Shown here: piece by piece, positions 30,291 to 40,179 of the stretch | How positions within the stretch are numbered: position 1 is the first letter of the stretch | How the letters are laid out: every line of letters begins with the position of its first letter | Assembly: GCA_963790475.1 (NCBI GenBank) | Contig: CAWBOS010000001.1 | Location: 1 to 64,000, forward strand | DNA length: 64,000 nt | Reading direction: 5' to 3' | Origin: an uncultured delta proteobacterium | GTDB taxonomy: Bacteria; Desulfobacterota; RBG-13-43-22 | Notes under the pieces: generated by a model | The model's input: the letters and a program-made list of their open reading frames with translations, nothing else | Databases searched by the model: none | What the model was told of the DNA's origin: nothing | Position numbers and translations under genes: made by a program

Positions 30291-30385
30291 ATTGATGATT
30301 GACGATTGTTAATTGTTGATTGAAAAAAAGATCCAGGTTCCCGCGTTTCAATCATTTTTCATCAATCATCGATCAACAATCATCA
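30291..30385. repeat. Inverted arrays of tandem heptamers
   Basis: TTGATGA-TTGACGA-TTGTTAA-TTGTTGA facing TCAATCA-TCGATCA-ACAATCA; can fold into a long hairpin. Confidence 0.65.
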
Positions 30386-30391
30386 GTGAAT

Positions 30392-30589
30392 TTAAAGTCT
30401 CGCCGTTCGGTAATATTTTTTGATGTGTTCCGTTACTCGATATCCCTGCCCGGATTCTTCCGGCTGCGTTGGCACCGGCTCCGGTTTAGCCGCTGCCGGA
30501 CGCCCCGCGCCGAGCAGAGCGGCCACACCTCCGAGGAGGGCCGTCATTTTAATAAATGAGCGTCGGCTACCCGTAAGTTCCAGTTTCAT
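30392..30589 (-). CDS. Small Tat-signal protein of FDH operons
   Basis: SRRSFIK and GYRVTEHIKKYY. Confidence 0.88.
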   Translation of the reverse strand: MKLELTGSRRSFIKMTALLGGVAALLGAGRPAAAKPEPVPTQPEESGQGYRVTEHIKKYYRTARL

Positions 30590-30628
30590 TTTTCTCTCCT
30601 TCCTTTTTCAAAAACAGGTCCTATACGA

Positions 30629-31255
30629 CTAATAAGGCCTATTAAATTCCAAAAAATCAGCTTCTGATTCTAAAAAACAACCTCCTAACAGCCCGACCTC
30701 CCGATAAAATGCAGCCCCTTTGGCCGAATGCAGGTCCTGGAAAAAATTCGGTAGCCACCAGGAGATATGCTCTCGGAAAAAATCGGCTTGCGTTGCTAAA
30801 GGCACCTCCATGGATTCCTTGGAGATAAGGGCCATAACTTCACAGAGGGCCGCGGCATGATCTTCGGATTCATGACTTTCCGTCTGTCTGACAATACCCA
30901 GTCGAATGAGGTCGGACAGCACAGAGACCAAGGGCTTGGACTGGATCCGTCTTTCCTTATACCAGGAGGCATAGGGGATCATCTCGCCGCTCCCCAGGCC
31001 GACAAAAAGTTTGTCGTATTCTTCTTCCAAAGCGGCCAAAGGATAGTGGTGTCCGGCCTGACTAAGCGCCTGCAAAGCCTGCCCCAGCCTATCGGGAATG
31101 GCCTCATTCCAGTCAAGAGATTGCAGGACTTTTTGGAGCTCTTCCGAAGGCGGCCGGCCCAAAAGAGAGGCCAACAGAACATAGAGGTCGCTGCGGACTT
31201 GGGTATACTCGTTAAACCAGGAGGGAACATTCCGGTTTTTTAATGTTGATTCCAT
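30629..31255 (-). CDS. TorD/DmsD family molybdoenzyme chaperone
   Basis: EYDKLFVG, PYASWY, ESEDHAAALCE, FFREHI; likely ATG at 31255. Confidence 0.9.
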   Translation of the reverse strand: MESTLKNRNVPSWFNEYTQVRSDLYVLLASLLGRPPSEELQKVLQSLDWNEAIPDRLGQALQALSQAGHHYPLAALEEEYDKLFVGLGSGEMIPYASWYKERRIQSKPLVSVLSDLIRLGIVRQTESHESEDHAAALCEVMALISKESMEVPLATQADFFREHISWWLPNFFQDLHSAKGAAFYREVGLLGGCFLESEADFLEFNRPY

Positions 31256-33186
31256 ACTCTCATGTCCTCGGACTTCAGGGCATCTCGGGTACGGCAGGTG
31301 CCGCACATCCGTAAGCGGCGTATTTGCCGCTCTTCAACATACATCCAGTGGCCCAAGAGTTTTTTTTGCATACGATCAATCATGGCCGGCGTGGTAAAGG
31401 CCAGGCCGCATTCAATGCAGCGGAAAGGTTCGGCCCGGTGAAGAATCACCGTGGTTTCCACGGCCCCAAGGTCGCAAAGAATCCGGGGGAGCAGGTGAAT
31501 CGCCCCTTCGGGACAGGTTTCCTGGCAAAGTCCGCATTGATGGCAAAGGGATTCTTGAAACTTCAGCGCCGGCTCCTGGCCACCGGCTGACAAAGCCCGG
31601 GAAGGACAGGCGGCCACACAGGCCAGGCACAGGGTGCAGGTACCGCCGTCGACGGTGAGGGCACCGAAGGGAGAACCAGGCGACAGGAGGAGGACCGGCT
31701 GGGTGGCGCCGGATTGATCGTAAAGATGCTGTACGGCCAGACGGACCAGCCCCCGTTTGTCCTTTCCGGGGGAAAACGTTGCCGGCGGCCAGGAAGATTC
31801 AATGGCCTGCCCCTCCATCATAGATGGCTTAAGGATATTTTCTACGGGACCAGGGCTTTCAGAGGGACCGATCACAAATCGGATTTTATCCTCTGACAGA
31901 CCAAGCCCCTGCAGGATGGTTCGGGCGATTTGCATTTGGTGTTCCATGGCCTTTTTGATACCGGGGGAGTTTTGGGATCCGCAGACAATCAAAACCTCTC
32001 CGGCTCCATAGGCCAGGGCGGCCAGGGGCATCTCCAGCCCTGCGTGAGCGATTTGTTCCACTGCGAAATTAACCGCCTGGTCCCGGTCGTCTTCATCCGG
32101 CCCGGGCGATTCTGCTTTATTTTCCGTGTCAGAGATAATCAGGGTTGCCGGAAAAACCCCGCCCGAAGAGCGGTTTTGCAAGCCGCTCTGCAGCCGATTC
32201 AGCAGCGCCTCTTGAGACGGATCATTCAATCGGATGGCCTCGGCCGGGCAGACCAGGGCACAGCCGGCGCACCCCTGGCAGAGGTGATGATCGATGACTA
32301 TTTCCCTTTCCTTGGAACTGATCGCGCCGAAGGGGCAGGTGTCCTGACAATAGGTGCAGTCATGTTTGCGTGACCGGCCATGGAAACAAACGTCTTTTTG
32401 ATAATGGACAAACTGGGGTTTTTTAAATCGACCGCGCATCTGCGGCATTTCCGCCAAAGCCGCTTCGAGGTCGGCGGGGTTTGACCCGGGCGCGTAATAT
32501 CCCAGGGGCAGAAGATCTCCCCTGTAGGAAGGATCAGGCTGAAGATCGAGGACAAGATCAAAATAAGCAGCCTGGTCGTCAGCCCCTTGGGTTAGATTCT
32601 TTTGATCCCCTTTTATGGTCACCATGGCCGAAAAGCCGCCAAATGCGCCGGTAATCGTCAGGTTTTCCGCCTCAATAAGGGCCGGCCGATCCGACCTGGG
32701 AAAGGGGGTATCTATGGAAGGTTTTTTGGTAATGACCAGGGTGCAAGTCAGTCGTTGCTCGCTGAGGCGTTTAGCGCAGGCAACAGCCCGGCCTTCCTCT
32801 GTATCAACGATCAAGGTCCGTCCTTTGGAGATCACGGTTAGCGGTCCGGGGGCCTTGATCGTCTCGGGGTCAGCGTTCACCAAAGCTGTCTTTTCGAAGG
32901 GCTCAGTTCCCGCCGCGGACAGATCGACACGGGCGCTTCGCTTCCTGCGCTCCATCTGATGGCGCATGTCCGCGGTAATAACCCCGCCGAGGGGCTGAAA
33001 GGATCGGTAGTTTCCGGACCAGTCGTTCAGCTCATCAATCTGGTTGAACTCGGCCGAATGGAAATCCAGGGCTGCACTATCTTTTGATTCATCAACAAAT
33101 GGCGCAGCCGCTCCTTCTTCCCCGGTTTTAACCGAAGAAGGCGGGTTTTTCAACGGTCCGCTTGGCGAATCGCTTTCCTGTTCCAT
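31240..33186 (-). CDS. Multi-4Fe-4S protein of FDH operons with N-terminal DUF3306-like segment
   Basis: CTYCQDTCP, CQGCAGCALVCP, CTLCLACVAACP, CHQCGLCQETCP, CIECG and CGTCR motifs. Confidence 0.88.
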   Translation of the reverse strand: MEQESDSPSGPLKNPPSSVKTGEEGAAAPFVDESKDSAALDFHSAEFNQIDELNDWSGNYRSFQPLGGVITADMRHQMERRKRSARVDLSAAGTEPFEKTALVNADPETIKAPGPLTVISKGRTLIVDTEEGRAVACAKRLSEQRLTCTLVITKKPSIDTPFPRSDRPALIEAENLTITGAFGGFSAMVTIKGDQKNLTQGADDQAAYFDLVLDLQPDPSYRGDLLPLGYYAPGSNPADLEAALAEMPQMRGRFKKPQFVHYQKDVCFHGRSRKHDCTYCQDTCPFGAISSKEREIVIDHHLCQGCAGCALVCPAEAIRLNDPSQEALLNRLQSGLQNRSSGGVFPATLIISDTENKAESPGPDEDDRDQAVNFAVEQIAHAGLEMPLAALAYGAGEVLIVCGSQNSPGIKKAMEHQMQIARTILQGLGLSEDKIRFVIGPSESPGPVENILKPSMMEGQAIESSWPPATFSPGKDKRGLVRLAVQHLYDQSGATQPVLLLSPGSPFGALTVDGGTCTLCLACVAACPSRALSAGGQEPALKFQESLCHQCGLCQETCPEGAIHLLPRILCDLGAVETTVILHRAEPFRCIECGLAFTTPAMIDRMQKKLLGHWMYVEERQIRRLRMCGTCRTRDALKSEDMRVWNQH

Positions 33187-33248
33187 GAAAGAACCCTTCC
33201 TGGGAAATTTTTATTTCAGACTTATATCTTCTTAACTTAAGCCGTGTT

Positions 33249-34538
33249 TTAAAATTTTAACTGAAAGCCGATCTGAAACTTGTCGGAGTCGGTCAGTCCC
33301 GAATTGACCCGGTTATCCTGGTGCTCCCAGGCGACAAAGGGCATAAATTCCTTGGTGAAATCATAAGATAAACCGGCCACATAAATGGTTCTTTCGTCAT
33401 CGCTTCGGTTGGTATTGGGGTCATAATAATAATACTTGCCAAAGGCCCGGAGCTTTTCCATACCGGGAATTCGCAAGAATCCGGAAACCAGATAGCCATC
33501 GCGGTTGTTTTCTTCGTTCGAAGCCCTGGTTCCCTTACCCCAATAATACTGCCCCATGACGGTGAAATAGGGATGCTGCAGCGAAATCTGTCCGATATTG
33601 ACCTGCCAGGTCGGGAAATCGCTGACCGGACCGTTGCCCGGGGCGAAGTTGGTGTTGCTGTCCCCATAGGTCCCCACATAGGCCAATTGGAGACCTTTCA
33701 GGATGGAGAGCATAGGGAAGGGACGCACATAAACCAGGCCGGATATGACCTTGTTTTCATTGTTCTCCTGCAAATCAAACCCGGAGCCGTTGTAAATCCC
33801 GATCATCCAACCGCCCCATTTGCCGGCAAAGGGCTTGGCCGCGTACTGCAAATAGTCATCATCCATGTAGCCCCCGAAGACGCCCATATTGACAACTCCC
33901 AGGTCGGCCGTGGCCTGGATGCCCAGCCCGTCCAGGTAGTTGTTGCCCTGGACCCGGTAAGGCCAGATAGCGCTGTCGTAATAATCCGACGGGGTGGGGA
34001 TCATTCCCAACATCGATTCCGTGCCCATGAGCTTCAGGTCGACGAAGGCAAATTTGATCCGTAACTCCAAACCGTTGTTGACATCATTGGGATCCTTGGC
34101 CGTAAAGAGATCGGAAGTGAAATTCATTCCCAGCCAGTCGTTGAAATCCTTGGTCAGGGTCACATAGGCCCGGTTCAGGGCAAATTGGTTGGTACTGGGG
34201 CCGTTGGCCCGGTTAATGGCATTCCATTCTCCGAAGATGGTGGTTCCGAATTTGAAACCCCTCAAGACTGGAGGAAGCCATTCACCTTTGTCGGTCTCCT
34301 TTTTTATGTCTTCTTTGACCTCGGCTTTTACTTCCTGCTTTATTTCCGTTTTCTCTTTCACCTCGGTAGATTTTGATTCTTTTAACAACTGATCGGCTTC
34401 TGCCTGGGTGATGATGTTTTTCCTGATCAACAACTCGATCAATTCCTTTTCGCCGGCCCAGGCCTGGCTGAAGCTGGTCCAGACGAAAAAGCCCCCTAAA
34501 ACAAATAAAAAGCAGAACCATTTTTTCCAGTTTCGCAT
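33249..34538 (-). CDS. Outer-membrane porin-like beta-barrel protein
   Basis: Signal peptide, LIELLIRKNIITQAEA helical N-domain, FALNRAYVT, C-terminal IGFQLKF. Confidence 0.8.
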   Translation of the reverse strand: MRNWKKWFCFLFVLGGFFVWTSFSQAWAGEKELIELLIRKNIITQAEADQLLKESKSTEVKEKTEIKQEVKAEVKEDIKKETDKGEWLPPVLRGFKFGTTIFGEWNAINRANGPSTNQFALNRAYVTLTKDFNDWLGMNFTSDLFTAKDPNDVNNGLELRIKFAFVDLKLMGTESMLGMIPTPSDYYDSAIWPYRVQGNNYLDGLGIQATADLGVVNMGVFGGYMDDDYLQYAAKPFAGKWGGWMIGIYNGSGFDLQENNENKVISGLVYVRPFPMLSILKGLQLAYVGTYGDSNTNFAPGNGPVSDFPTWQVNIGQISLQHPYFTVMGQYYWGKGTRASNEENNRDGYLVSGFLRIPGMEKLRAFGKYYYYDPNTNRSDDERTIYVAGLSYDFTKEFMPFVAWEHQDNRVNSGLTDSDKFQIGFQLKF

Positions 34539-34872
34539 TTAATTTTTCCTCCTCTCCCAAGGTCTAAAGTGAAATCGTCTCTCACTCATGGTTCTTTCGA
34601 CCGGCCCTGGAGGCGGGTTAACCCGTCCCGGGTTTGCATCTTCATTGCATACAAGGCTGATAATAATTTATGATAATATAATGGAAATTAAGGGAAAAAA
34701 GGTAAATACAGGAAAGGCTTTATTTTTTATATAAATAAGCTGTATTTTTCATTAGGACTAAAAAGGCAGGGGATTTTTTAACCATGCAGGCCACGCTCAA
34801 TAACGGTTGCCTGCATGGATTCGGATTCGGGATCGGGGCTTTGGTTTTATTTGGAAGGTGAGGTTTCTCAAA

Positions 34873-36156
34873 TCAGGCGATGGTACCATCCTCCTGAAAA
34901 ACGGCGATATCATCCCAGGTATAACCGTACTCCAGCAGGACCTCTTCCGTGTGCTGTCCGAACTCCGGCGCCGGCAGGCGGACTGAGGCCGGGGTCTTAC
35001 TCATCATCACCGGGTTGGCCAGTTGTTCAATCGTACCGCGTTCGGGATGTTCATAGGTGACAATATATCCGTTTTTCCTGGCCTGAACATCTCTTACCGC
35101 CTCCAGAATGGTTTGATTAGGCGCATAGGGTATGCCCTCAAGGAGGGGAATCCATTCCTCAAGGGTCTTGGTGGCAAATATTTCGGCAAAAGTCTTGCGT
35201 AAAGCGACCCGGTCTTCGGCACGTCCGTCGATGGTATCATACTTGGGGTTTTTGCTTAGGTCCTCCCGGCCCACAGCTTTGCAGAACTTTTCCCAATAGC
35301 GGTCCGGTTGCAGGACGATAAAAAGCAGGGAGCGCAGGTCCTTGGTCAAATATGAACCGGTCAGGGGACTTTTAGTCTTGGCCGCGTAAAAATCGGCTAT
35401 CTGGGCGATGGCCGCCAGGGATTGCTGCTGCAACTCCGCTTCGGGTTCTTCTCGCCAGTCTCTTATATCCTTTCCGGTAATGAGGGCCCCGGAGACATCA
35501 AAAGACAGTTGATAGAGCCCGGTATGCAATAATGAAACATCTATTGCCTGACCCATACCGGTTTTTTCCCGGACATAGAGAGCCTGCACGATCCCATAGG
35601 CCAGGGCCAGGCCGGCTACGGTATCGCCGAAGGCCGGCCGGTAGGTGAGACAGGGAACCCCCGGCATAGAAAAAAGAGCATGAATTCCGGCCCGGGCCCA
35701 ATAAGCGGTCGTATCATAAGCCGGGTGATCCTTGTCCGGACCGTTTTTACCATATCCGGTGATATTGCCCCAAATGAGCCGGGGGTTCATCTTGCTCAGG
35801 GTCTCGTAATCCATTTTAAATCTTTCCAACTCAAATGGTCTGAGGTTGCTGAGGAAGACATCGGCCTGGGCCACCATTTTATACATAATGGCCCGGCCGT
35901 TTTCATTATAGAGGTTAAGAGTCAGGCTCCGCTTGTTGCGGTTAAAAGCCTCCCAGTTGTAATTAAAGTCGGAAGGACTGGCACCTCCTCCCCCTTCTGT
36001 CTGAGCTTCCTGAAAACCCCGCCAAAAATCTCCTGTTAAGGGGTGCTCGACATGGATGACATCCGCCCCGAAATCTCCGAGGTGACGGGCGGCCATCGGT
36101 ACGGCCGCCACCTGTGAACAATCAATAACCTTGATCCCTTCCAGAGCCATTACCAT
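34873..36156 (-). CDS. CaiB/BaiF family III CoA transferase
   Basis: LEGIKVID, DFGADVIHVE, NRNKRSLTL, ITGYG, AYD catalytic Asp, PAPEFGQHT. Confidence 0.93.
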   Translation of the reverse strand: MVMALEGIKVIDCSQVAAVPMAARHLGDFGADVIHVEHPLTGDFWRGFQEAQTEGGGGASPSDFNYNWEAFNRNKRSLTLNLYNENGRAIMYKMVAQADVFLSNLRPFELERFKMDYETLSKMNPRLIWGNITGYGKNGPDKDHPAYDTTAYWARAGIHALFSMPGVPCLTYRPAFGDTVAGLALAYGIVQALYVREKTGMGQAIDVSLLHTGLYQLSFDVSGALITGKDIRDWREEPEAELQQQSLAAIAQIADFYAAKTKSPLTGSYLTKDLRSLLFIVLQPDRYWEKFCKAVGREDLSKNPKYDTIDGRAEDRVALRKTFAEIFATKTLEEWIPLLEGIPYAPNQTILEAVRDVQARKNGYIVTYEHPERGTIEQLANPVMMSKTPASVRLPAPEFGQHTEEVLLEYGYTWDDIAVFQEDGTIA

Positions 36157-36233
36157 TTTTTTCCTCCTTTTGATGTTCTTAAAGCGGTTTAAAAAGAATT
36201 TTATTTTTTAATGTAAAGAACGGTAAAAGGATT

Positions 36234-36803
36234 TCAGGCCGGCCGGCTGGAGGGAAGCAGATGCCCGATATCTTTGATCAGGCTTTCCTCGATTTCCACC
36301 TGAAACGTTTTCAAAAATTTACCGACCATGGACCAGTAACCTATGGACAAAGTCAATTCCACCAGGCTTTCCGGGTCCAGGAATTTAGAGGCCTGGTTAA
36401 AAGTCTCTTCTGAGGGCTGATGTTCCTGAACGACTTCGTCGGCAAACTTCAAGATGGCCCGGTCTTCTCGACTGAAAAGCGAAGAATCCTGCCAATGCTC
36501 GATCTCTTCCAATTGCCCTTTGGTCACCCCGGCCCTCAGGGCGATGGGAACGTGCTGGGCCCATTCATACTTTGATCCGGTCAGAAAGGAAACCCGGATG
36601 ATCACCAGTTCCCGAAAGTAGGCGCTGAGTTTCGATTTCATCAGCAGGGCGTTGCCGAACCTGGTGAATTCACGAACGGTACCGGGACTGTTGGCCACCA
36701 TCTTCTGAACATTTAATACCCGGCCGTTGGCTTCCAGTTTGGCGAAGAAGTCCTTTATTTTTTGCGGGGCCTGATCAATACGGGCGTAAGGTACTCTGGC
36801 CAT
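36234..36803 (-). CDS. Carboxymuconolactone decarboxylase (AhpD-like) family protein
   Basis: RELVIIRV...YEWAQH motif. Confidence 0.85.
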   Translation of the reverse strand: MARVPYARIDQAPQKIKDFFAKLEANGRVLNVQKMVANSPGTVREFTRFGNALLMKSKLSAYFRELVIIRVSFLTGSKYEWAQHVPIALRAGVTKGQLEEIEHWQDSSLFSREDRAILKFADEVVQEHQPSEETFNQASKFLDPESLVELTLSIGYWSMVGKFLKTFQVEIEESLIKDIGHLLPSSRPA

Positions 36804-37082
36804 ATGTTCCTCCTGTCATAGGCGATATAAAAATCCTGTTTCTAAGTGGCATCCCTTATCCTGAAGGGGCTGCTTCTTGATCCTTCCCATTGGACAAGGA
36901 CTATGGTTTGATGAGAAGAGTATAGGGAAAGAAAAAGAGATGGTCAAACAGAAAAAAAGGCCGCCGGAGGCAAGGGTGTGAAGAAAAGGGAGCTTGATTC
37001 CCTCCATAATTATTTAGATTGACTTTAACTATTTGTTATGGTTTAAATAATTAACTCTTGACGATCCCCTGGAGAATGCGCC

Positions 37083-38249
37083 ATGTCTGAAATTCCTGAA
37101 CCCATCACCGCACCACCCAAGAAAGAGGAACTGGCCGGAAGGCTGGCCAAAGTCCGGGCCCTTATGGAAGAAAGGGAAATCGATTATTACATTTCCTTTG
37201 ACCCGGTCAATATCTACTATCTCACAAATTTCGCCAACAATGTTCACGAGCGTCCTTTTATACTGATACTGCCCCGGAAGGGCACACCGACGATGCTCTG
37301 CCCTCTCCTGGAATCAAACCACGTCAAGACCCGGGCTCGATGCGCCTTAGAGTATGCCACTTATTACGAAGTGCCCTCGCCCAGGGGACAGAACTGGTTT
37401 GACGTTTATAAAACCCTCATTGACCACAAGGCGAAAGTGGGTATAGAATCAACGCTTCCGGTCGGCATTGCTCATGAAACACCAGGAAAACAGGTGGTGG
37501 CGGACCTCATCGAAGATGTCCGGCTGGTGAAAACGGCCTATGAGATCGGGCGCACGGTGCACGCCTGCTCGATCGTCAACCAGGGCCACCGGAAGCTTCT
37601 GGAAATCACCCGGCCGGGGGCCATGGAGATAATCATTTACGGGGAAGTCGTCCGGGAGATGATGGGAAAAACACTGATGGAAATTCCCCAGTCCAATCTT
37701 ATTGTCTCCAAGTTTATCGGTGCCGTTTGGCCGCCATCCCTCTCTCATGATCCGCACATCGTCCCCACGCCCATGACCACCATGGAAGAGGGCGGACCTC
37801 ACGTGTCCATTGTTACCGCGCAGGTCGACGGATACGGCGTGGAGGTTGAGCGGACCTTTTTCTTGGGACGGGTACCGGAACAGGCCCGAAGACCTTTTGA
37901 TACGGTCATGAAAGCGCGGGCCCTGGCCTATGAACTGGTCAAACCCGGGGTCATCCTGGAGGAGATAGACCGGCGGGTCCGGCAGGTCCTGATCGATGCC
38001 GGATACCAGGACCGGATTCTCCACCGCACCGGACATGGTCTGGGAATAACCGGACACGAGGCGCCTTATGTAGCTCTCGGGGACTCCAGAAAGCTTGTGC
38101 CGGGAATGCTCATCAGCATCGAACCGGGCCTCTATATCCCCGGCGAAGGCGGTTACCGCCATTCCGATACCGTTCTGGTTACTGAGACCGGGTGCGTCAG
38201 ACTTACCGATGCCCCGGATACCCTGGAGGGGCTGACCATAGCCCTTTAG
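37083..38249 (+). CDS. M24 Xaa-Pro peptidase family protein
   Basis: Creatinase-N start NIYYLTNF, HRTGHGLG, HEAP, SIEPGLY, RHSDT. Confidence 0.9.
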   Translation: MSEIPEPITAPPKKEELAGRLAKVRALMEEREIDYYISFDPVNIYYLTNFANNVHERPFILILPRKGTPTMLCPLLESNHVKTRARCALEYATYYEVPSPRGQNWFDVYKTLIDHKAKVGIESTLPVGIAHETPGKQVVADLIEDVRLVKTAYEIGRTVHACSIVNQGHRKLLEITRPGAMEIIIYGEVVREMMGKTLMEIPQSNLIVSKFIGAVWPPSLSHDPHIVPTPMTTMEEGGPHVSIVTAQVDGYGVEVERTFFLGRVPEQARRPFDTVMKARALAYELVKPGVILEEIDRRVRQVLIDAGYQDRILHRTGHGLGITGHEAPYVALGDSRKLVPGMLISIEPGLYIPGEGGYRHSDTVLVTETGCVRLTDAPDTLEGLTIAL

Positions 38250-38350
38250 ACAAGATCAAAAATTGAACACAGGCTGGTTTGACGAGGATTTAATCCATTG
38301 ATTCAGAACCGTCAGTCCGGCCTAAACACCTGAAGAAAGGAAAATGATCC

Positions 38351-38758
38351 ATGGAGAAAAAATTCATTCATCCCGAAAAACTGGCCAACTTTCCCAAACT
38401 CTTCACCCAGGTAGTCACCGTCAAATCGGGGGAGACCAAGACGGTCTACATTTCAGGCCAGGTGGCCATTGACCGGGAGGGGAAGGTCGTGGGCCAGGGA
38501 GACCTTGGGACCCAAGCCGTGCAGGTGTTTGAGAACCTCTCCCACCCCCTGGAGTCGGCCGGGGCCAAGCCCGAGGATGTCGTCAAGCTGAATATGTATG
38601 TCGTGAATATGAAGCCGGAGGATGGGAAGACGGTGGGCCTGGCGCGGAGAAAGTGGTTTAACCAGGAGAACCTCCCGGCCTCGACGATGATCGGCGTTGT
38701 CTCTCTGGCCGCCTCCGACTTCCTGCTCGAGGTCGAGGCCATCGCCGTTGTTGGGTGA
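38351..38758 (+). CDS. RidA/YjgF family protein
   Basis: VYISGQV, PASTMIGV, LLEVEAIA. Confidence 0.92.
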   Translation: MEKKFIHPEKLANFPKLFTQVVTVKSGETKTVYISGQVAIDREGKVVGQGDLGTQAVQVFENLSHPLESAGAKPEDVVKLNMYVVNMKPEDGKTVGLARRKWFNQENLPASTMIGVVSLAASDFLLEVEAIAVVG

Positions 38759-38918
38759 AAAACTGATATCCGGGGATAAGGTGTTTCAATCGTAGCGTCC
38801 CGGTCTTTTTTTTAGCATTTCGCGGGAAAGCAGGCCGAAGTTTTCGAAGAGGCCTTCCGGGCTGCTTCAACGCTTTTTGCATTAGGAAAAGTATATTCAG
38901 AAAGGGCGATAGTTAGCC

Positions 38919-39380
38919 ATGGAAAGGAGTATCGGTTTCCTGGAGAGAGTTAGCGGGCATACTTACGATACCATATACGACCTTCTTTTCACTACGGAAA
39001 GGGTAATTACCCTCATAGTCCAACACCCGGCGGAGATGTCTCACCAATTCGGGATTACGGAGTTATTATTCGGCGGACTGCTGGCCGGAAAACGGGAGCG
39101 ATTTAGCAGGAAGACGTCCGACGAGGAGAGGCTTAGCGCCTATGAGGAAAAGACCATTGATGAGCTGTTGGCCGGTCATCGTTTCAACTTCGAGATCCCC
39201 TATCGCATGGTCACAACAGTTGAGGTAACCCGGGGATTGTTCCAGACGCGTTTGAAATTCCAAATCAACAGTCCATTAACCACCGGACATACCATCCATT
39301 TCACCCTCGCTAAAGATCAGGTTCCTGATGCCCGGAACCTGTTGAATCGGGCTTTACCTTTAAAGATCAAAGAAAAATGA
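38919..39380 (+). CDS. Hypothetical protein (possible PH-like fold)
   Basis: 153-aa ORF co-oriented with neighbours; YDLLFTTERVI and FEIPY segments. Confidence 0.6.
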   Translation: MERSIGFLERVSGHTYDTIYDLLFTTERVITLIVQHPAEMSHQFGITELLFGGLLAGKRERFSRKTSDEERLSAYEEKTIDELLAGHRFNFEIPYRMVTTVEVTRGLFQTRLKFQINSPLTTGHTIHFTLAKDQVPDARNLLNRALPLKIKEK

Positions 39381-39502
39381 ATTATTTTGATTTGACACAC
39401 CCCGCTGGGAGGGGCCGGAACGAGTTGAAATTGCGGATTACCACTAAGTGATAGGGAGGGAGAAATGAAGGCGAAACAAACAATCCGGGGAGTTCTTTAT
39501 TG

Positions 39503-40135
39503 ATGAAATTCAAGGCTTGGATAAAGAAATATCTATTGACGGGATTAATCGTAGTCGTTCCGATTACGATCACCCTCTATATCATTCGGGCCCTGATGGG
39601 GATTATGGATGACTTCCTGACTTTTGTGCCTAAGGCCTATCATCCCGACACCCTCTTGGGATTTCATCTCCCCGGCCTGGGACTGGTTTTGGTAACCCTC
39701 CTTGTTTTTCTGATCGGCCTGTTGACCCGTAGTTACGCCGGTAAAAAGACGATTCAAATATGGGACCTGCTGGTCGGACGGATTCCTCTGGTTCGAAATA
39801 TCTACCAGGCGATCAAGCAATTTACCGAGGCGGTTTTCAGCACCACCGGCAGTTATTTTAAGCAGGTGGTTATGCTGGAATTCCCCAGGCCGGGTCTGTA
39901 TTCCATCGGGTTTTTGGCCGGACCGGCCGGAGGGGAATTGGAAGCCAGGGCCGGGCAGAAGGTGATGAGTATCTTTATTCCCTGCACACCTAACCCGACG
40001 ACCGGGTATTATGTACTGGTTCCTGAGAAAGATTTGATGTATCTGGGTATGACCGTGGAAGAGGCCTTTAAACTGATCGTTTCCGGCGGATTGGTCATGC
40101 CCAACCATCATCAGCCCCCTGCCTTGCCGGACTGA
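39503..40135 (+). CDS. DUF502 membrane protein
   Basis: TGLIVVVPITIT, RIPLVRNIY, EFPR, PCTPNPTTG, IVSGG. Confidence 0.93.
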   Translation: MKFKAWIKKYLLTGLIVVVPITITLYIIRALMGIMDDFLTFVPKAYHPDTLLGFHLPGLGLVLVTLLVFLIGLLTRSYAGKKTIQIWDLLVGRIPLVRNIYQAIKQFTEAVFSTTGSYFKQVVMLEFPRPGLYSIGFLAGPAGGELEARAGQKVMSIFIPCTPNPTTGYYVLVPEKDLMYLGMTVEEAFKLIVSGGLVMPNHHQPPALPD

Positions 40136-40179
40136 GCTTTCAGGCCCGTTTTCACTCCCCGGAATATGAGGAGAATTCT

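Noticed and set aside
34560-34650. c-di-GMP-I riboswitch
   Set aside because: GCAAACC is present, but the GAAA-capped P2 and GACGCAAAG arrangement does not follow in the right order.
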